Below, piece after piece: positions 58,101 through 64,000 of a DNA stretch of 64,000 nucleotides (the stretch's first letter is position 1; each line of letters begins with the position of its first letter). The DNA comes from the human T2T-CHM13v2.0 reference genome, Homo sapiens. The stretch is taken from assembly GCF_009914755.1 (NCBI RefSeq), contig NC_060945.1; one strand, 5' to 3'. A program made the position numbers and the translations under genes. Under the pieces are notes generated by a model. The model was not told the DNA's origin and made no database searches. It saw only the letters and a list, made by a program, of their open reading frames with translations.

Positions 58101-60675
58101 TCTGTGTGTGAGTTTTAGCAACCACCAATGGGTTCACAACTTAGAGCCAAGTCCTACCTCAGCAGACTGGGGTTTCCTCCCCGGGGGACCTGAAGCTCTG
58201 TGGCTGACCTGATCAGGTGCTGGTTACATGGCTATCTCTGTCCCCTGAAGGTAACAGCTTCTTTTAGACCCCCAGTTACAGGCAGAGAAGGCTAACACAG
58301 CCCAGTCCTAGCCACTGCCAGCTCCCTGGCCCATGCAGCAAGCTGGCCTCAGCCTGAATCTAGAGGCAGAGCCATCAGTGCCCATTGACCAGGCCAGCGG
58401 AGAGAGTATCTCCTGCTACTTCTGCCTTCTGAAGTCCTGAGTCTATGGCTTCAACTTCAGATTCCTGTTGAGAGTTTCTGTTCTTTTTCAGGCTCCATTA
58501 ACTTGCTTTTGAGCTCAGCTCTGCCTTGTTAAACATAAAAAGATTCACCATCGATAGGAGTTCGCGTGGGGTGGCTCCAGCATGAACTTGGCCAGCAGTT
58601 CTGCCGTGTTGTCCCTCACGCCTCTGAGTGGGGCTCCTGGCTCATATTCTCACAGCAGGCCTCTCCCCTCAACCCCTAACAGTGCAGCTTTCACATAGGG
58701 CCCCACCGCCTCTTGTCTAAATGAGCATCACCCTCTTCTGCCTGCCTGCAGCTGGGTGCCTGGCCAGCCTATGCTTTGCATTGTGAGGAGGTCAAGCCCT
58801 TGTTAAAGAGCATGTGAAGGCTCTCAGTGGACCTCAGGATAAAACCCTGACTCCTCCGCGAGGCTCAGTTTCTCCTTGTTCAGGCCCCTCCAGCTCCAGG
58901 GCTTTCCCAGTCCTGGGCTTTTCCTTCTGTGGCTTCCCAACTCCGTGTCTGGGATTAGGTGGCCTGGGTATTTCTACTGCAGGTTTCCCACGCTGAGCCA
59001 CACTGTAGGATCTCCTGTCCTCCGCTGGAAATGCCCTGGGGTTGCATCTCATGCTCCTGTAAATGTGGCCAGGAAGGAGACCCAGGGTTCTCCAGGGCTC
59101 CAGGGTTCTAGGGTCTCTGGGGCTTGGCACGTGTTTATATCATTAGCGTTAGAAGGCTTGGTCTCTCAGACAGCCCCACCTTCACGGTTCTAGCTCCTCA
59201 GTCCCACCACAAAGTGAATCACCCTTAGGCAGGGGTGGGACGGGAATGGTCATGAATGAGGGACCCTCTGCACCTGTGACTCAACCAAGCAGGGAAACAG
59301 CTTCTGTCTGAAAGGGGGAAAAGATCTGAAGAGCTAACGTATTGACAGAAGAGCCATCTCAGTGAGAAGCAGAGGCCGAAAATGAAAGTCAATATCCACC
59401 CAGAGAAAATCAAACGCCACACAACCTCCAGCGACTTCCCCGTCAATGCAAACCCCTTTGCTGTTCATATTTCAGTAAAGGGCACTCACTTCTTGGGACC
59501 CTGATTCATGGATCTATTTGGGCACAGTGCCTGCCCCTTTGTTCATAAGATCCATGTGCAATTAGAAGGAAGAAAATTCATTATTCATTCAGCATGGTCC
59601 TGGTATCCCTGAATCATAAGAAAAACAATTATCACTACAAAATAGCTATATGACACTACAGGGTAATGTCGGTTGTACTCAAGACACCTTACAGTGGGGA
59701 AAATCTTTCCTTGCTTATATGAAATCGAATCAGCGGTGATGTGTGGAAGACGTTTGATCAGGACCTGCCAGTGGGTGACGAGGGCGGCATAAGGAGGACT
59801 GTGGTGGGCACCCCCTCACCCACCCCTTCTCAGTGTCTCCCCCCACAGAGCAAGTGCAGGGCTGCCCAGGGCTGGGGGCACTATAAGAGTCTGAAGTGGC
59901 TTTTATAAATGAGTGATTCGATTGAAGAGCAATTTTAAAATTTACCTATGTATTTTGGTAGAAGAATCTCTATTTAGAGAGGGAGATGACAGTGGCCTTC
60001 CCAGGCTTTGAGAGGTGAGTTGAATTTTCTGTCTCGATAAAGAGAAAGCTTTTCTCTTGGGTTCATATATATAAATAGCCAGTTGTCTAAAACACGTATA
60101 AAAACCCAATCTTACAAAATGTAAAAAATAAAAAAAAGCCAATTGTCTTTGGGTTTTCTAAATTTTCCTGCAAGTTCTGTGTGTGGGGCGGTGGCCCCTA
60201 ATTTTAGTTAAATTTGCTTTGCTTTTCTCAGACGGCCTCCCTTATACTGGAACTTGCAGACTTTTCTGTCGGCCTCTGATCTGACCTCCAAAGGAAGTGG
60301 CTGAAGGGGATGGTGGAGGAGGCCAGGACTTCAGGGACCCACAGCCATCACCTCCCTCCCCTGCCCCCTACACACCAACTCTCTGGAAAACAGCAGGTAG
60401 AATTGTTCCCACTGAGTGGTCAATGCCAGAGGCCACATCAACATGCTATCTATGAGAACTTTCCAGATCTTAGTCAAAAGAAATCAAAGTTCTAATGCTG
60501 GAGTTCCAGGCTCCAGCTGGGCTGCTGGTGGGGAGGAACCCTGTTGTTGGGGACAGAACCCATTCGTGCCCTCCTGGGCTACCCCCGGAATCTAGCCGTG
60601 CATAGGCTTCTGCATCCACCATCCGGTTCTGGGCAATGTAAATTTCACATGTGCGTGATCCAGGTGGGCTCCCCG

Positions 60676-61362
60676 TGTGTTAGCTTGTTTTCACACTGCT
60701 ATAAAGAACTGCCTGAGGCCAGGCGCAGTGGCTCACACCTGTAATCCCAGCACTTTGGGAGGCCAAGGAGGGCGGATCACGAGGTCAAGAGATCGAGACC
60801 ATCCTGGCCAACATGGTGAAACCCCATCTCTACTGAAAATATAAACATTAGCTGGGCGTGGTGGCGGGTGCCTGTAATCCCAGCTACTCAAGAGGCTGAG
60901 GCAGGAGAATGGCGTGAACCTGGGAGGCAGAGGTTGCAGTGAGCCAAGATCCTGGCACTGCACTCCAGCCTGGGCGACAGAGCGAGACTCTGTCTCAAAC
61001 AAACAAAGAAGCAAACAAACAAACAGAACTGCCCGAGGCTGGGTAATGTAAAAAGAGAAGAGGTTTAATTGACTCCCAGTTCCACATGGCTGGGGAGGCC
61101 TCAGGAAACTTTCAATCATGGCGGAAGGCAAAGGGGGAGCAAGTACCGTCTTACATGGCAGCAGAAGAGAGAGAGAGCGAGGGGGGAACTGCCAATCACT
61201 TTTAAACCATCAGATCTTGTGAGAACTCCCTCACTGTCCTGAGAACAGCATGGGGAAACCATTCCCATGATCCAATCCCCTTCCACCAGGTCCCTCCTCC
61301 GATACACAGGGATTACAGCTTGAGATCAGATTTGGGTGGGGACACAAAGCCAAACCATATCA
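60676..61362 (-). mobile_element. THE1/MST LTR containing an Alu (+, about 60717-61025)
   Basis: CACACTGCTATAAAGAAC...GGGGAGGCCTCAGGAAACTT..ATCATGGCGGAAGG...CCAAACCATATCA; Alu TSD AGAACTGCCTGA / AGAACTGCCCGA. Confidence 0.85.
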
Positions 61363-62235
61363 TCCAGGCTGCAGGAAGGGCCACTGGGTGGACAACAGAG
61401 GCAATGACCACACGTGCCCCTCTGTGGTGTTTGAGGGGACTCCCCCAAGGCAGACTGGGTCAGCTCAAGTGGATTGTGGGTGGACACTCAGGTAACCAGT
61501 TTAGGCGACCGAGCTAAGGGCCTTTACACCTCCTCCTTCTTGAGCCTTGGACTTTGGTGCCCACCTTCCATGGGGCAGACAAAGGGTGGTGCCCTGCTGG
61601 GACCGGAGCCCTGCCTGGAAGCCAGAGTAAATGGCACATCCATTTTGGACTGGTGGCTGCTCTTGCAGGTGCTGGAGCTCTTTGTCCTACTGGTGCAGCT
61701 CTCCAGCGCCTCCGTCACTCTCGCCAACAGGTTTGTCACGGTGCAGGTGTTTTCTTTTCCTCTCCTACAAGCTGACCTAGTGGAGCTCGCTGGGGGAGGT
61801 CAAGTGTCTTTCGTCCCCGTTGCATCACAGGACAGTCTTTATTATTAGCCAAGGGAGGGGGTAGGTGGGGGAGAAGCCAATCAAGCCTTTGGAGGGTCTG
61901 CAGCTGAATCGGCACTCAGACCCCCGTGGTGTGAAATGGGGATGGGGGGACGAGTGGGCGCAGCCACTGGGAGCATTGATGGAGGTGAAGAGAGGGGAGC
62001 GAAGCAGCTGAGCAGTTCCAAAGGCGTGTTGTGTTTCTCTTTTCTGCCTCTTAGGCCAGTTAGTGGGACACGGCCAGTCCCTTCTTCCCTCACCTTTCAG
62101 CGGGAAGGTGCCACCTGCCCAGTGAGCCGTCGGGATGACCCAGGGCAGGCACTGCAGCCTCTGGCCAAGCAGGTGCCCAGGCAGCACTGGTAATCATATG
62201 TTTATTGTTCTTTTCTGCAGTAGCAGTCACCCCCT

Positions 62236-62548
62236 TCTCTCTCTCTCTCTCTCTCTTTTTTTTTCTGGGGGACAGAGTCTCGCTCTGTTGCCAGGCTGGA
62301 GTGCAGTGGCGCAATCTCGGCTCACTGAAACCTCCACCTCCCAGGTTTGAGCAATTCTCCTGCCTCAGCCTCCTGAGTAGCTGGGACTACAGGTGTGCAC
62401 CACCACACTCAGCTAATTTTTTGTATTTTTAGTAGAGACAGGGTTTCACCGTGATGGCCAGGATGGTCTTGATCTCCTGACCTCGTGATCCGCCTGCCTC
62501 AGCCTCCCAAAGTGCTGGGATTACAGGCGTGAGCCACTGCTCCCAGCC
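62236..62548 (-). mobile_element. AluSc-like with a (CT)n-modified tail
   Basis: Antisense Alu; TSD CACCCCCTTCTCT. Confidence 0.9.
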
Positions 62549-62975
62549 ACCCCCTTCTCTTAAACGGTTCCTCTCTGACCCATGCTCCCACGCGGATCCA
62601 TGAACAAGAAGGGCTGGGTCTGTGGCTGGGATTTGGGGTCCTTCCAGAAGCTGCTTTTCCACTCTTTTGGCCAAATGTTCCCCTTCCCCTGTTGCCAAAA
62701 CTGATTTTATGGTCTAATTAGATGAGGGAGACACCTCTCTGGAGCCTAGGATTGAAGCTTCAAAGCTATTTTCAAGGCTGACGTTGGAAGATCCTGGAAA
62801 CACTGGCCCTGTTCTGGGCATCATTCATTTCCCGGAGACATGACCAGCAAATCTGTTCAGATGAGACAAGTCCATGTGGCTTGAGGGCAGTGGGAGTGGA
62901 TGCTGGTGAGACTGTCCTGATGGTGTCTGTCCAGGGAAAAGCAGGAGGACTCCTGTTGCTGAGTGCACCCAGCTC

Positions 62976-63150
62976 GAAGCTCGGGGTTCCCCCTGCCTGG
63001 GAGGAACAGGGGGTCCCAGCTCAGCAGTGGAAAGAAGCTCGGGGTTCCCTCTGCCTGGGAGGACCAGGGGGTCCCAGCTCAGCGGTGGAAAGAAGCTCAG
63101 GGTTCCCTAAGCCTGGGAGGACCAGGGGGTCCCAGTTCAGCTGTGGAAAG
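62976..63150. repeat. 58-bp tandem repeat, 3 copies
   Basis: GAAGCTCRGGGTTCC starts at 62976, 63034 and 63092. Confidence 0.92.
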
Positions 63151-64000
63151 GAAAACTGGCCCCGCCGGATGGAGGATGTGTGTGGGGGGCTGCCTGGGGT
63201 CAGAGAAGGGGCTGGGGTGGTGGTCAATTGAGTGACCTGGATCAGGGATGTAGAGTGGGTGGGAAAGATGGGGAGGAGAGGTCTGGTTCATGACATTTAA
63301 GAATCTTTGAGAGTCTTGTCCCAAGAATGTTTCACCTGCCAGATGGGTGAAAACCTCTTCTGAGAAACAGGTGTCTTGTTTTCTCAACCAGAGAGTCAAT
63401 AATTATCATCTTGCCATAAGCATCTGGGTCTCAAACTTTCTGCTCTTCTATCCTTGACCTCCAACGATGAGCAAGATTCCCATCGAAGCTGAGCTGCTCC
63501 TTCAGGACCTGGGGGTCACCCCTGGGAGAACTGTCACTCATGCCCACGGCTTTGGATGTTGACCAGTCTGGTGTCATGAAGTCAGACCTGAGTGTCACGC
63601 AGAGATAGGCGGTGAGAAGTAAGGGTAGGCCCTGCTGTGACTGCAACTTAGGAGTAAATGCGTCACCTGGACCGACGGCAGGAAGTGCGGACAGTGGGAG
63701 GCCCATAGGTAAGGTCTCAGATGACCCTGGGCCATCCTGGCCCTGCTGTTTGCTATGTGGACTTAGCTTCACGCGGCCTCCCCATCTACGGCTCAATTTC
63801 CCCTCCAGGAGACAGGCATCCCAGCCTGCCTGGTGACTCTGGGCAGGGAAAGCAGCAGAGCTACCTGCCCCCGGCTCTGCGGGGGTGGGACGTGTGAATC
63901 TCTGGGGTGTTTTGAGATGACTTTTTGTGTTGTTGGTGATCTGCTGTTAACATGGGAGACAGAGTTGACGTTTTCTGTCCCAGACCTGGGACGAAGCTCT

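Noticed and set aside
59507-59556. Hairpin CATGGATCT...AGATCCATG as a pre-miRNA
   Set aside because: Only a 9-bp outer stem with a large asymmetric internal loop; it does not fit Drosha substrate geometry.
61474-63796. Coding-looking minus-strand stretches (for example ELHQ*DKELQHLQEQ near 61650-61700 and the 121-aa ORF at 63431-63796)
   Set aside because: No recognisable protein family, an in-frame stop, and no consistent splice model.

Overview
Human-type (primate) genomic DNA from the alphaA-crystallin locus (CRYAA, normally 21q22.3). The only protein-coding gene I can support is CRYAA on the + strand: three exons (20194-20382, 21612-21734, 23166-23375) with canonical GT-AG junctions encode the 173-aa human protein. 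It has a TATA promoter with a near-perfect MARE and an alphaA-CRYBP1-type site, and a poly(A) signal at 23876. Intron 1 holds a 68-nt frameshifted relic of the rodent alphaA-ins exon and an in-frame alternative first exon (136-aa isoform lacking the N-terminal domain). The rest is non-coding: about 20 Alus, many MaLR/ERV LTRs, old L1/L2/MIR and DNA-transposon fossils, six CA/TG-rich arrays (one about 4.1 kb, just downstream of the gene) and several minisatellites. Almost all long ORFs in the supplied track are repeat artefacts. I found no convincing new multi-gene system. The most interesting unexplained items are a templated-insertion repair scar inside a MER82-like element, an L2 fossil that now looks like a CpG-island promoter, a CRE/ETS/GC-box element followed by a consensus splice donor next to a consensus CTCF motif, a palindromic CpG/TTAC cluster at about -750, and several candidate enhancers. 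Repeat subfamily names and boundaries were assigned by eye from remembered consensus sequences and are approximate.
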